64,000 nucleotides of DNA from an uncultured Chloroflexia bacterium (GCA_963774265.1 CAVZDU010000007.1:448001-512000), one strand, 5' to 3'; positions 31,876 through 41,716 are shown, counted from the stretch's first letter. Program-made: numbers and translations. The notes: a model not told the origin generated them from the letters alone.

Positions 31876-33261
31876 TTATGGCAGCGGGGCCAGTTTCGCC
31901 GTGAAATGCCTCAGCATGGGCGCCTGCTCGACGATGCGGTAGCCTCGCAGCGCCCCCTTATCTGCGTTCACCGCGAGGATGACCTCCGCCAGGTAGTCCA
32001 CGTGACTCTGCGTGTACACTCTCCGCGGAAATGCCAGCCGGACCAGTTCGTTTGGGGCCGGGCGTTCCGTTCCGTCGGGCTGCAATCCGAACATCACGGA
32101 GCCGATCTCCACGCCTCGTACTCCGCCTACCAGATACAGCGCGTTGCACAGAGACCACGCCGGGTATTGCAATGGCGGGATATGCGGCAGCATCGACCCT
32201 GCATCGATATACACTGCGTGCCCGCCCGTGGGCAGCACAATGGGCACACCGGCCGCGGTCAGCTTCTCGCCCAGGTAGGCGATGGAGCGGATGCGATAGC
32301 GCAGATACCCCTCGTCCAGCGCTTCATACAGTCCTATGGCGATGGCCTCCAGGTCGTAGCCCGCCATGCCGCCGTAAGTCGGGAAGCCCTCGGTCAGGAT
32401 CTCCAGGTTGCGACACCGGGCGGCCAGCGCGTCGTCGTTCACGGCCAGGAAGCCGCCGATGTTGGCCATGCCGTCCTTCTTGGCGCTCATCGTGCAGCCA
32501 TCCGCGTAGCTGAACAGCTCGCGCGCGATGTCGATCGGCGCAACGTCGGCGTACCCTTCTTCACGCGTCTTGATGAACCAGCTGTTCTCGGCAAAGCGAC
32601 ACGCATCGATCAAGAAGGGGAGGCCGTGCTCGTGCGCGATCGCACTGGCCGCGCGAATGTTAGCCATACTCACCGGTTGGCCGCCGCCTGAGTTATTGGT
32701 CACCGTTACCATCACCGCAGGTATGCGCTCCGGTCCGATCTCCGTGATCGCGGCGCGCAGCGCATCGAGATCGATATTACCCTTGAACGGATGGATCAGC
32801 CGGGGCTGCCGGCCCTCAGCGATCACCAGGTCGCGCGCTTCAGCGCCGCGATTCTCCACGTGAGCGCGCGTGGTGTCGAAGTGGGTGTTGTTAAGCATGA
32901 CATCCCCTGGTTTTGCGATGGTGCTAAACAGAATATGCTCGGCCGCACGACCCTGGTGGGTCGGAATGACGTGCTTGAAGCCGGTGATGTCGCGCACGGC
33001 ACGTTCAAAGCGGTAGAACGACTGCGCGCCAGCGTAAGACTCGTCGGACGCGATCATGCCGGCCCACTGGCGCGATGACATCGCACCTGTGCCGCTGTCG
33101 GTCAACAGGTCAATCAGCACGTGCTCGGCCATGAGAAGGAAGGGATTGTAGCCCGCCTCCGCAAGCAGCCGCTCGCGCTCGGAACGCGTGGTGAAGCGGA
33201 TCGGTTCGACGGAGCGGACGCGAAACGGTTCGATGATCGTCTGAGGGTGGAACTCGTCCAT
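31876..33261 (-). CDS. tnaA: Tryptophanase (beta-eliminating lyase; tyrosine phenol-lyase not excluded)
   Basis: IDLLTDSGT, THQGRAAE, HFDTTR, DACRFAEN, MSAKKD (PLP Lys), EGFPTYGG, RRVYT. Confidence 0.85.
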   Translation of the reverse strand: MDEFHPQTIIEPFRVRSVEPIRFTTRSERERLLAEAGYNPFLLMAEHVLIDLLTDSGTGAMSSRQWAGMIASDESYAGAQSFYRFERAVRDITGFKHVIPTHQGRAAEHILFSTIAKPGDVMLNNTHFDTTRAHVENRGAEARDLVIAEGRQPRLIHPFKGNIDLDALRAAITEIGPERIPAVMVTVTNNSGGGQPVSMANIRAASAIAHEHGLPFLIDACRFAENSWFIKTREEGYADVAPIDIARELFSYADGCTMSAKKDGMANIGGFLAVNDDALAARCRNLEILTEGFPTYGGMAGYDLEAIAIGLYEALDEGYLRYRIRSIAYLGEKLTAAGVPIVLPTGGHAVYIDAGSMLPHIPPLQYPAWSLCNALYLVGGVRGVEIGSVMFGLQPDGTERPAPNELVRLAFPRRVYTQSHVDYLAEVILAVNADKGALRGYRIVEQAPMLRHFTAKLAPLP

Positions 33262-33304
33262 GGAGGCTGCGCTGACTCCTTTCTATAGAGTGGATCCTAT
33301 CGTA

Positions 33305-34186
33305 TCACGAATCCGGCCGGGTCGTGTCTATAGCAGCGGTCAAATGTGCGCCAAAGATGGCGATGAGATTGCTGAGATAGATCCAAAAGAGCACAGCCAC
33401 CACACCGCTCAGGGAGCCATAAACTACCTCGAAGCTCGCCAGGCCGCTTCCCAGATACCAGGTGAATCCAGCGGTCACCGCCTGCCAGGCAGTCGATGCG
33501 ACCAGCGCCCCGATCAGCGCCGCTCGCCCCGTCACCGCAGTGTAAGGCACCCATCGATACAGACCGTAGAACAGGAAGAAGCTGGCCAGCCATGGCACGA
33601 CTTTGGAAAACATTTGCCAGCCGGATGTGAGAAATAACTCTCCGCTAATGGGCAGCACAAGATGGACGCGGGGCAACAGGCTCGTGCCGATGCTGAGGAC
33701 GACCGCCAGAACTAGCAATAGAAACAAGATGCCGGCGATTTTCAGCCCCATGACCCGTAGGCCCACGAAGTTGCGCAACCGGGCCTCGGGCCAGGCCCGG
33801 CCTATGTGGTAGCTGAGTGCGCTGAAGAAGCCGATGCCCGACCAGAGCAGTGTGCCCAACGCGATCAACCCCACCGGTGCGCGCAACCGCAGGATCTGGT
33901 CCAGGTTCTCGCTCAGCACTTCGCTTGGCAGAGGAAACGCGTCCTTGAGAAAGATGCGGAGCTGTGTGTATACACGCTCTTGTTCCAGCAGCAGGCTGCC
34001 CGCAGCAACCAGAAACACCAGAAGTGGAAAGAGCGAGAGGAAGGCGTAATAGGCCATGCCGGCCGCCGCGTCAGAGCCGCGTTGGGCGCTGAAGGTGGCG
34101 AACGTACGCCGCAGACTGGCCGGCGCGCGACCACCCAACCACGCAGCCGCGGCTGTCACCTTAGCCGGCAGATCCCGCACGGCCAT
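33305..34186 (-). CDS. YihY/virulence factor BrkB family membrane protein
   Basis: AAAGMAYYAFLSLFPLL and YGSL...FWIYLS...IFGA motifs, multiple TMs. Confidence 0.9.
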   Translation of the reverse strand: MAVRDLPAKVTAAAAWLGGRAPASLRRTFATFSAQRGSDAAAGMAYYAFLSLFPLLVFLVAAGSLLLEQERVYTQLRIFLKDAFPLPSEVLSENLDQILRLRAPVGLIALGTLLWSGIGFFSALSYHIGRAWPEARLRNFVGLRVMGLKIAGILFLLLVLAVVLSIGTSLLPRVHLVLPISGELFLTSGWQMFSKVVPWLASFFLFYGLYRWVPYTAVTGRAALIGALVASTAWQAVTAGFTWYLGSGLASFEVVYGSLSGVVAVLFWIYLSNLIAIFGAHLTAAIDTTRPDS

Positions 34187-34331
34187 GTCTCGCCCTCCCA
34201 TGCTTCGTCAGTGACCTGGCGCCCCTGAGGGTTGGGACGCCGGGCCAGCATCTCCCGCCAACCGGTGTTAACGTTACCCCAAAATGGGCAGAAAGACAAA
34301 TGAATGTGGGTTAAAAAGAGATAGAATATAC

Positions 34332-34360
34332 TTGACAAGTAAATAATACTATACTATCAT
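34332..34360 (+). promoter_or_regulatory. sigma70-type promoter of the antitoxin gene
   Basis: TTGACA-17 nt-TATCAT in an AT-rich patch. Confidence 0.7.
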
Positions 34361-34390
34361 GTGGCTACTCTCATTCCCACGGAGGTCACG

Positions 34391-34621
34391 ATGCCGTACG
34401 TTGGAATTAAGGAACTTAAGAATCAGACCACGGAGATTTTGCGCGGGGTGCGTGAAGACGGCTTGGAGTATGTCGTGACATTTCACGGCCGGCCCGTGGC
34501 CGTACTCCTGCCGATCAATCAGGACGTTCTGGAAGAGGAGCAGTCGCGCATGGTGCGGTCAACGCTGCCGAGCCCCAGGATTATCTCCGAGGTTCGCGCG
34601 GCAGCATCGGCTGCATTTTGA
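34391..34621 (+). CDS. Phd/YefM family antitoxin, no adjacent toxin
   Basis: VGIKELKNQTTEILRGVRE...VVTFHGRPVAVLLP; GGAGG RBS. Confidence 0.85.
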   Translation: MPYVGIKELKNQTTEILRGVREDGLEYVVTFHGRPVAVLLPINQDVLEEEQSRMVRSTLPSPRIISEVRAAASAAF

Positions 34622-35900
34622 CGCTGACGAATGGGATGGTCTGCGGGCCTTCCGGGAGAACACAAATCGACGCCGCGCAGCCATGGCGAGCCAGCAGCCG
34701 GCTGACGGTGTCCTCGATGCGCGCGCATGGCTTGAGAAGCGCCGACTCGATCTGGGCAGGTGTCAGATTGTCCGTGCGAACGTAGACCTCCGCCTTCATT
34801 AGAATCTGCGCCTGGATCTGCGCCTGCCATTGGTCCTGCTTGAGAAACCCCGGTTGCATGATCGTCTCCAGCAAAGCAGCCGGATTGTCAACGCCCCTTA
34901 GAAGCTCGCCATACAAACCATGGTCCGGGATGCCGTCGGAGCACTCGGCCGCGATGATGATCGCGCCCCCTGGCTTCACGACCTGCGCGGCTGCGCTCAT
35001 GCCTTTGACCGTCTGATACAGATTCTGGTCAAGCGGGTAGCCTGAGTTCGTCGTAATGACGATGTCGAAGGGGTGCGGTACGGGCGTCATGGCGGTCCGC
35101 TTGACGAATGCGCAGCCCGCCGCATGGGCCAATGCCAGGTCCCCCGCGAAAACTCCCGTGATCTGCCTGTCGCGGTTCATCGTCACATTGACCAGGAACA
35201 GCGGGCCCGCGCTCAGCGCCACCTCGGTGATCTCCCCCCAGATCGGATTGCCCTGCGTCACGCCCCAGGTGGCGTTGGGATCAGCGATCATCCCCGCATC
35301 GTGGTTGCCCAGGACGGTTCGGAGTCCTGCCATTCCCGGCATGATGGCCTTGCCGCCGCCGGAAAACCCGGCGAAAAAATGCGGCTCGATGAACCCGGTG
35401 AGAATCTTCAGGTCGCAGGCCAGCATCTCGCTGTTGAGCCAGATTTCGTGACCCCGCGACGAGAGACCGACGTACGATTGTGTTGATGGATCGAAGGCGT
35501 CGTTCTGGACGATGCGGTAGGTCCGGACCAGCTCCTCGCCCAACATCTCGATCAGCTCGGCTTCGGAGTTGCGGCGATGGGTGCCCAGCGCCTCGAAGAG
35601 CGTGATATCTCCGGCTGCGACGCCGGCCGCAGCCAGCTCGTCGAGTATGGGGGGCAGGATGGCCTCGTGGGGCGTCGCGCGGGTGATATCGCTGAAGATG
35701 ACACCCACTCGCATGCCCGGCCTGACCTGTTCAACCAGCGGCCGCGTCCCGATGGGTTGTGCAAGGGCTGCCCTGACTGGGCCTCCACGCGCTGCATCGG
35801 GCAAGCCCGGCACATAGACTGGTTCAACCAGCGTCACCCCGGCGCCATCAGGCAAATCGAGGCCCAGGCTGCCCTTTCCGTAGACGAGCTCGAAATGCAT
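34581..35900 (-). CDS. larA: LarA family nickel-pincer racemase/epimerase
   Basis: SDITRATP, ALGTHR, EPHFFAGFSGGGK, NH, GYPLDQNLYQTVKG, DQWQAQ. Confidence 0.88.
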   Translation of the reverse strand: MHFELVYGKGSLGLDLPDGAGVTLVEPVYVPGLPDAARGGPVRAALAQPIGTRPLVEQVRPGMRVGVIFSDITRATPHEAILPPILDELAAAGVAAGDITLFEALGTHRRNSEAELIEMLGEELVRTYRIVQNDAFDPSTQSYVGLSSRGHEIWLNSEMLACDLKILTGFIEPHFFAGFSGGGKAIMPGMAGLRTVLGNHDAGMIADPNATWGVTQGNPIWGEITEVALSAGPLFLVNVTMNRDRQITGVFAGDLALAHAAGCAFVKRTAMTPVPHPFDIVITTNSGYPLDQNLYQTVKGMSAAAQVVKPGGAIIIAAECSDGIPDHGLYGELLRGVDNPAALLETIMQPGFLKQDQWQAQIQAQILMKAEVYVRTDNLTPAQIESALLKPCARIEDTVSRLLARHGCAASICVLPEGPQTIPFVSVKMQPMLPREPRR

Positions 35901-36009
35901 TGATCCCCATTCCCTTTCCTGGCCCCCGGAGTCAATCGCTTCCGGTGAGCCAACCATGCCAAAATCATACTGCACAGGCTGCTTACTCGCAAGCCGCCCT
36001 CAGCGATTT

Positions 36010-36048
36010 CGTCACATGGCCTATACACCTTCTTCACGCCTTCTCCAC
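36010..36048 (+). promoter_or_regulatory. CTTCAC-type direct-repeat box (11-bp phase)
   Basis: CGTCAC 36010, CTATAC 36021, CTTCAC 36032, CTCCAC 36043 upstream of the response regulator. Confidence 0.6.
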
Positions 36049-36147
36049 AACTTTGCGCGACCATCATCCGTGCGCCATAATGACGCGACCCAGGCCACGG
36101 CCTGGGTCGTGGCCCGCCATCCGGCGCGCAACGTCAGTGGAGGCTCC

Positions 36148-36837
36148 ATGACTGCGAAGATCCTCGTCGTCGACGACGAAGCCAAAATAGTTAAACTCGT
36201 CCGCTCTTACCTCGAACAGGGCGGTTTCTCCGTGGTCGAGGCCGGCGACGGCCAGACCGCACTCATTCAGGCGCGGCGAGAGAAGCCCGATCTGGTGGTG
36301 CTCGATCTCGGCTTGCCCGGCATCGATGGCATGGAAGTCGCCCGCATTTTACGCCGCGAGCGCAACGTCCCAATCATCATGCTCACAGCGCGTATCGAAG
36401 ACACCGACAAGATCGTGGGCCTGGAATTGGGCGCCGACGACTATATCACCAAGCCCTTCAACCCGCGCGAGGTCGTCGCACGCGTCCGCGCGGTCCTCCG
36501 GCGGAGCACATCCGCACCCGAGATGCTGCCTGAGACCCTCAGCGCCGGACCCCTGGTGCTCGATCAGGCGGGGCATACCGCGACGATCGATGGTCACGTT
36601 CTCGACCTGACCCCTACCGAGTTCGATCTGCTATCTATCTTGCTCCAGAACCCAGGCCGCGCCTTCACACGGTTGGAGCTGCTCGATCGGGTGCAGGGCG
36701 ATGCATACGAGGGCTACGAGCGCACGATCGACGCTCATATCAAGAACGTGCGCGCCAAATTGGGCGACGACCCTCGTCATCCGCGTTTTATCCAGACTGT
36801 GTTCGGTGTTGGTTATAAGTTGGGAGCCGATCTGTGA
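36148..36837 (+). CDS. OmpR family response regulator (BaeR-like)
   Basis: REC plus wHTH (LTPTEFDLL, RTIDAHIKNVR, TVFGVGY). Confidence 0.95.
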   Translation: MTAKILVVDDEAKIVKLVRSYLEQGGFSVVEAGDGQTALIQARREKPDLVVLDLGLPGIDGMEVARILRRERNVPIIMLTARIEDTDKIVGLELGADDYITKPFNPREVVARVRAVLRRSTSAPEMLPETLSAGPLVLDQAGHTATIDGHVLDLTPTEFDLLSILLQNPGRAFTRLELLDRVQGDAYEGYERTIDAHIKNVRAKLGDDPRHPRFIQTVFGVGYKLGADL

Positions 36838-38216
36838 ACCGACTATGGGTCAAGCTCACCGCGGCATTCCTCGTCATCGCCTTGGCAGCCATCGGCGTGG
36901 TGGCCCTTCTCACGTTGCGCACAACGGATAATCAGTTCCGCCAATACGTCGTTGCATCCGGGATGGGCTCGCAGGATGCCATCGCGGAGTCCCTGACTGA
37001 CTACTATGCCAGGAATGGAAGCTGGGTCGGCGTGGATTCGCTTCTGGCCGGATTAGGTCCGGGGAGCATGGGGATGGGCATGGGACGCGGCCGCAGCGGA
37101 ACCGGCATGACGGGTCCGACCCTCGCAGTGGCCGATCCCGAAGGCCGCGTGGTCGCGAGCAGGACCGGCGAGTTGATGGGGGAGGTGCTTCCAGGGGAAG
37201 TCCTCAGCCAAGGCATCGCTTTGACTCAGAACGGACAGCGTATCGGGACACTGCTGAACGTTCGGCCCAGTGATGTTGTCCTTGATGCGCAGGCGGAGAC
37301 TTTCCTCCGCCAGGTGCAGTCATCATTGCTATGGGCAGCGCTTGGGGCCGCCGCGCTCTCTCTTGTGTTGGGGGTCCTGCTCAGCCGGCTGCTGACCGCG
37401 CCCCTCGTCCGCCTGACACACGCCGCACAAGCGGTTGCGGCAGGCGATCTTACGCAGCGTGTCGATATCCGTTCACGTGACGAGACCGGCGAGCTGGGAA
37501 GCGCTTTTAATGAGATGGCAGCCAGCCTGTCGGAGGCCGAAACGATGCGGCGAAACCTCATCGCGGATATCTCCCACGAGCTGCGCACACCGCTGAGTGT
37601 TGTTCAGGGCAACCTGCAGGCACTCCTCGACGGCGTCTACCCGTTGGAGATGGCGCAGGTGGCGAGCCTGTACGACGAGACGCGGCTCCTCACCCGCCTG
37701 GTCGATGATCTTCACGATCTCGCGCTTGCCGATGCGGGCCAGCTCCGCCTGGAGCATTTTCCTGTTGATGTGAACGGCCTGGCGGCCGCGGCCATTGCGC
37801 AGTTCACACCGCTTGCGGAAACCTCCGGTGTCCGTCTGGAGCTGTCGACGGATGAAGGCGCACCCCCCGTGCTCGGCGACGCGGACCGCCTCGCGCAGGT
37901 CTTGCGTAACCTCCTGAGCAACGCGCTTCGCCATACGCCGGCCGGCGGTCGCGTGTCCCTGCGTGTAACCCACGCGGAGCGGCAGATCCGGATGCAGGTC
38001 GCGGATACCGGCTCAGGCATCAGCCCCGAAGACTTGCCCCATGTTTTTGACCGGTTCTATCGGGGGGACAGAAGCCGCAGCCGTCGCGGCGGTGGCGCGG
38101 GTTTGGGCCTGGCCATCGCGCGCCAGCTGATCGCGGGCCACGGCGGGAATCTCACCGTCACGAGCCAACCAGGTGAGGGGGCTGCCTTCACCATCACCTT
38201 GCCCATCCTGCAGTAG
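36834..38216 (+). CDS. HAMP histidine kinase (BaeS-like)
   Basis: Two TMs, Met/Gly-rich external loop, HAMP, ADISHELRTPL, NLLSNA, DTGSGI, GAGLGL. Confidence 0.95.
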   Translation: MNRLWVKLTAAFLVIALAAIGVVALLTLRTTDNQFRQYVVASGMGSQDAIAESLTDYYARNGSWVGVDSLLAGLGPGSMGMGMGRGRSGTGMTGPTLAVADPEGRVVASRTGELMGEVLPGEVLSQGIALTQNGQRIGTLLNVRPSDVVLDAQAETFLRQVQSSLLWAALGAAALSLVLGVLLSRLLTAPLVRLTHAAQAVAAGDLTQRVDIRSRDETGELGSAFNEMAASLSEAETMRRNLIADISHELRTPLSVVQGNLQALLDGVYPLEMAQVASLYDETRLLTRLVDDLHDLALADAGQLRLEHFPVDVNGLAAAAIAQFTPLAETSGVRLELSTDEGAPPVLGDADRLAQVLRNLLSNALRHTPAGGRVSLRVTHAERQIRMQVADTGSGISPEDLPHVFDRFYRGDRSRSRRGGGAGLGLAIARQLIAGHGGNLTVTSQPGEGAAFTITLPILQ

Positions 38217-38367
38217 GCGGAGCGCAACATGGGAGCGACATGCGTGTCTCTGTGCTTTCACTTGCAAGTGCCTGTCACCTTTTTGGCGCGAGGTGCATCA
38301 AATCCTCTGCCGGGCAAGCCAAGCTCCGGCAGTGATCATTCGGATTCAATCGATTACGGAGGATATG

Positions 38368-38778
38368 ATGGGCGAATCGGTGAAGACAACCGTTGGGCGG
38401 ACTGTCCGCCTGGAGACTGACTTTGCATCCGCGCTGGCGCGCGTCACGGAGGCGTTGAAGGCCGAGGGCTTTGGCATCCTGACCGAGATCGATGTCAAAG
38501 AGACACTCAGGAAGAAGCTCGATGTCGATTTTCGGCCCTACAAGATTTTGGGCGCGTGCAATCCCCCCCTCGCGTATCGTGCGCTGTCCGCCGCGCCGGA
38601 GGTGGGGTTGCTGCTGCCGTGCAACGTGACGGTGGCTCACGTTGAAGATGGCGTCACCGACGTCTCCCTGGTGGACCCACTGGCTATGCTTGGTGTCGTG
38701 GACTACGCGGACCTGAAATTGATCGCCGAAGAAGCTGCGGCCCGGCTGGATCGCGTCGCGGCCGCCCTGCAAAGCTAA
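38368..38778 (+). CDS. DUF302 domain protein
   Basis: GFGILTEIDV, YKILGACNP, GLLLPCNV. Confidence 0.9.
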   Translation: MGESVKTTVGRTVRLETDFASALARVTEALKAEGFGILTEIDVKETLRKKLDVDFRPYKILGACNPPLAYRALSAAPEVGLLLPCNVTVAHVEDGVTDVSLVDPLAMLGVVDYADLKLIAEEAAARLDRVAAALQS

Positions 38779-38791
38779 GAGGATTTCGAGA

Positions 38792-38995
38792 ATGCCCCTG
38801 TACGAGTTTCAATGCATCGACTGCCAGGATGAGTTCGAAGAATTGGTGCGATCATCGGGCGCGGTCGCTGAAGTGAAATGCCCGGAATGCGGCAGCCAAC
38901 ATGTGCGCCGCAAGGTCTCGCTGTTTGCATCCAAGGTGAGTGGTGGGGGTTTGGCCGCACCTGCGGCCGCTTCCTGCGCGCCCAGCGGAACCTGA
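38792..38995 (+). CDS. FmdB-family zinc-ribbon protein
   Basis: MPLYEFQCIDC...FEEL...CPECGS. Confidence 0.9.
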   Translation: MPLYEFQCIDCQDEFEELVRSSGAVAEVKCPECGSQHVRRKVSLFASKVSGGGLAAPAAASCAPSGT

Positions 38996-39032
38996 GGGCT
39001 CCGTCACTAGGCCGGCCGTGCGCCGGCACCAT

Positions 39033-39080
39033 AAGAAAGCGCCTGGCTGCACCTTATGGGGAGCGCCAGGCGCTTTTCTT
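39033..39080. terminator. Bidirectional intrinsic terminator
   Basis: AAGAAAGCGCCTGGC...GCCAGGCGCTTTTCTT between convergent genes. Confidence 0.75.
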
Positions 39081-39109
39081 TACGCCGCGATGATCTTCAC
39101 GCCGCGTCG

Positions 39110-39514
39110 TCACGCCGCGGCGATCGTCGTCGTTACGGCGAACTGCGGCGGGTTCTCCAGGTGTTTCTTGACCGTACACTGATCCGCGGCTCGAATCACC
39201 GCTTCCTTATACTTCTCCGGAAACTCGGGCGGCAGCTGGATCTCCAGGAAGATTTTCGAGATCATGTGCGTGCGAGGGTCGCTTTCCATGCGTTGCACGA
39301 TCCGAATGCCGTCCGTGGGCACGCCGCGCTGGCGGCAGAAACCGAGAACGAAAATGCCCGCACACGTGCCGATCGATGCCAGGAAAAGCGAGAACGGTGC
39401 GGGGGCAGAGCCCTCTCCGCCGGCGGCCGCGGGCTGATCCGTCTTCACGGTGTACGGGCCAAAATGGGCGTCCACCCGCGCGCCACCCGGAAAATCGATA
39501 ATGAATTCATTCAT
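39110..39514 (-). CDS. OsmC family protein
   Basis: TDQP...GG...P.P..LFLASIGTCAG and DQCTVKKHL (two conserved Cys). Confidence 0.9.
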   Translation of the reverse strand: MNEFIIDFPGGARVDAHFGPYTVKTDQPAAAGGEGSAPAPFSLFLASIGTCAGIFVLGFCRQRGVPTDGIRIVQRMESDPRTHMISKIFLEIQLPPEFPEKYKEAVIRAADQCTVKKHLENPPQFAVTTTIAAA

Positions 39515-39604
39515 GGGGAGTCCATCCTTTGTCGATAGCGTCATTCGCAACAAAGGTTAGGATGCAGTACACGCGGCGAGGTTACATCGCATCTTCAAGC
39601 GATA

Positions 39605-39622
39605 CTTCACAAAATCTTCACA
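39605..39622 (+). promoter_or_regulatory. CTTCAC-type direct-repeat box (11-bp phase)
   Basis: CTTCACA at 39605 and 39616. Confidence 0.6.
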
Positions 39623-39725
39623 GCTTGCACATCGTTCCTTCTCGCGCATTCTCTATCATCAACGTCGGCGCCCCACTACGACGGTCTCCAGCCTGGGCGT
39701 TACCTTTATGTAGGAGGAGTGGTTG

Positions 39726-40637
39726 ATGACAACTGCACTGCAAACCGGTAATTTCGGCAAGGTCAAGCCGCGGCGCACAGGCCTGGCCGCGTTTTTGACT
39801 CATCACACCTTTCGCCGCCTGACTCAGCTGGGTGTGTTCCTGTTCATCGCAGCGATCGCCATCCGGCATCTGCTCGTCGGAGAAGCCGGCGCGACGATCA
39901 CCGCGTCCTGGGAGGCGTATTGCCCCATGGGCGGACTGGAAACCCTTTACAAATACATTACGAGCGGGGGCAGCTATGTCTCGCACGTGCACCTGTCCAA
40001 CATGGTCGTGCTGGTCGCCACCCTCGCGGTCTCGCTCGTTGCCCGCAATGCCTTCTGCGGCTGGCTCTGCCCGTTTGGGTTTATCCAGGACATGGTGAGC
40101 CGCTTCTCGGTCTTCGTGCAGAAGCGCCTGCCGCCCGTGCGCAAGGCCGTGAAAACGCTCAAGGCCCGCGGCTCGAAACTGGCGGTGCTCGATCGCTACC
40201 TGCGCTTCCTCAAGTACGGGGTGCTGGTCTGGGCGGTTGGGGGCGCGGCTGCCTACGGATTCATGGTTTTCCGCGATGTCGATCCCTGGGCTGCACTGTG
40301 GAACCTGCTCGAGCTGAGCGCGAGTGCAGGCCTGGCCGTTCTCGTGGTCGTGCTGATCGCGTCGCTCTTTGTGGAGCGTCCCTGGTGCCGCTATGCCTGT
40401 CCGCTGGGCGCAGCCACCGGCATCCTCAGCAAATTGAGCCCTCTCTACCTCAAGCGCGAATCCGATGCCTGCAAGAACTGCGCCATCTGCACGAAAGCCT
40501 GCCCGATGGGGCTGCCTGTCCACACTGCGACGACTATCAAGAGCGTCGACTGTATCGGGTGCATGGAATGCGTCGATGAGTGCCCGCGCGAAGGAGCACT
40601 CGAACTCAAACTCGGTGTGCCGGTCTTCGGCAAGTGA
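39726..40637 (+). CDS. Membrane 4Fe-4S protein (NapH/YccM-like)
   Basis: EAYCPMGG, FCGWLCP, WCRYACP, two CxxCxxCxxxCP motifs. Confidence 0.9.
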   Translation: MTTALQTGNFGKVKPRRTGLAAFLTHHTFRRLTQLGVFLFIAAIAIRHLLVGEAGATITASWEAYCPMGGLETLYKYITSGGSYVSHVHLSNMVVLVATLAVSLVARNAFCGWLCPFGFIQDMVSRFSVFVQKRLPPVRKAVKTLKARGSKLAVLDRYLRFLKYGVLVWAVGGAAAYGFMVFRDVDPWAALWNLLELSASAGLAVLVVVLIASLFVERPWCRYACPLGAATGILSKLSPLYLKRESDACKNCAICTKACPMGLPVHTATTIKSVDCIGCMECVDECPREGALELKLGVPVFGK

Positions 40638-40674
40638 GACACACAACAACTACGAGATCAACGGGAGCTATGCA

Positions 40675-41010
40675 ATGAAAGTCAATCCTTTCGTCTTCGG
40701 ATTTCTCATCCTGGTGCTCTTCTTCGGCCTCATCGGCGGTGCGAAGGCCCTGGGGGTCTGGTCCGTGTCCGGGAAACTCACGTCCACCGGCGAGAAAGCG
40801 CTGCCCATCGGTCAGAGCGTCGACGAGATCAAGGGCTGGATGACGCTGGGCGACATATCCACGGCCTACAATGTGCCCCTGGAAGAGATTCTGGCCGCGT
40901 TCGAGTTGCCCGCTGACACGCCGGCCACGACGCAACTCAAGTCGTTGGAGACCGACACATTCTCGGTGACGGACCTGCGCACCTGGCTGGCGGCCCGGTT
41001 GGGTCAGTAA
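40675..41010 (+). CDS. Small membrane-anchored hypothetical protein
   Basis: N-terminal TM then IKGWMTLGDIS...; GGGAG RBS. Confidence 0.75.
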   Translation: MKVNPFVFGFLILVLFFGLIGGAKALGVWSVSGKLTSTGEKALPIGQSVDEIKGWMTLGDISTAYNVPLEEILAAFELPADTPATTQLKSLETDTFSVTDLRTWLAARLGQ

Positions 41011-41056
41011 CTGGGAGCATGCCTGTGGGGCGGAACTTGTCTGGGGTCTGAACCGT

Positions 41057-41111
41057 TTTCACCGCAGCCCCACAACTTGTTCACCACTTCTTCACATCTC
41101 GGCGGTATAGT
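41057..41111 (+). promoter_or_regulatory. Four-copy CTTCAC-type box followed by a -10 element
   Basis: TTTCAC 41057, CCCCAC 41068, GTTCAC 41079, CTTCAC 41090, then TATAGT 41106-41111. Confidence 0.68.
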
Positions 41112-41175
41112 AAGGTTGGGTCGGTCGTAGAAGACCGACCCAACACACCAGATTCACCATATGGAGGGAAATACA

Positions 41176-41712
41176 ATGAAACGGATTCTTGTGATCGTAG
41201 TTTTGGCCGCTGCCGTAGCCGCGCTGTTGGCGGGCACGGCTTTGGCCGGTCCGGTCAATCCGCCCAGCCAGGGTTTCGGCATGGGCGCTCGGATGCAGGC
41301 CCCGGATGCGGCCACGACAGGCGTTTGTGGCATGGTCGGTGGCGCTGGCGCCGCTGGCGGCATGATGGGCCGCGGTGTGCCGGACTGGGCGGGACAGCAC
41401 GATGAACTTGCGACGCTGCTGGGCATGACCGCAGAGGACATCCAGGCGGAGCGGCAGGCCGGCAAGTCCTTGGCGGATATTGCAGCGGCCAAAGGCATCA
41501 CCGACGATAAGCTGGTGGACGCGCTGATGGCAGCCCGGAAGGCCAATCTCGACCAGCTGGTCGCGGATGGTAAGCTGACCCAGGCTCAGGCTGATCTCAT
41601 GATCGAGCGCATGGAGACCCAGGTCAAGAGCATGGTCGTGCGCACGACCACCGGCGCACCCATGGGGCGCGGGCAGGGGATGCGGGGCGGCGGCCGCGGC
41701 TTCAACCGGTAA
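41176..41712 (+). CDS. Secreted Gly/Met-rich helical protein (possibly Spy/CpxP-like in role)
   Basis: Signal peptide ending ALA; LGMT..DI...GKSLADIA and VADGKLTQAQAD helical motifs; GM-rich ends. Confidence 0.8.
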   Translation: MKRILVIVVLAAAVAALLAGTALAGPVNPPSQGFGMGARMQAPDAATTGVCGMVGGAGAAGGMMGRGVPDWAGQHDELATLLGMTAEDIQAERQAGKSLADIAAAKGITDDKLVDALMAARKANLDQLVADGKLTQAQADLMIERMETQVKSMVVRTTTGAPMGRGQGMRGGGRGFNR

Positions 41713-41716
41713 AGAC

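Noticed and set aside
33262-33304. tnaC-like leader peptide upstream of tryptophanase
   Set aside because: The gap is only ~43 bp and has no Trp-containing small ORF.
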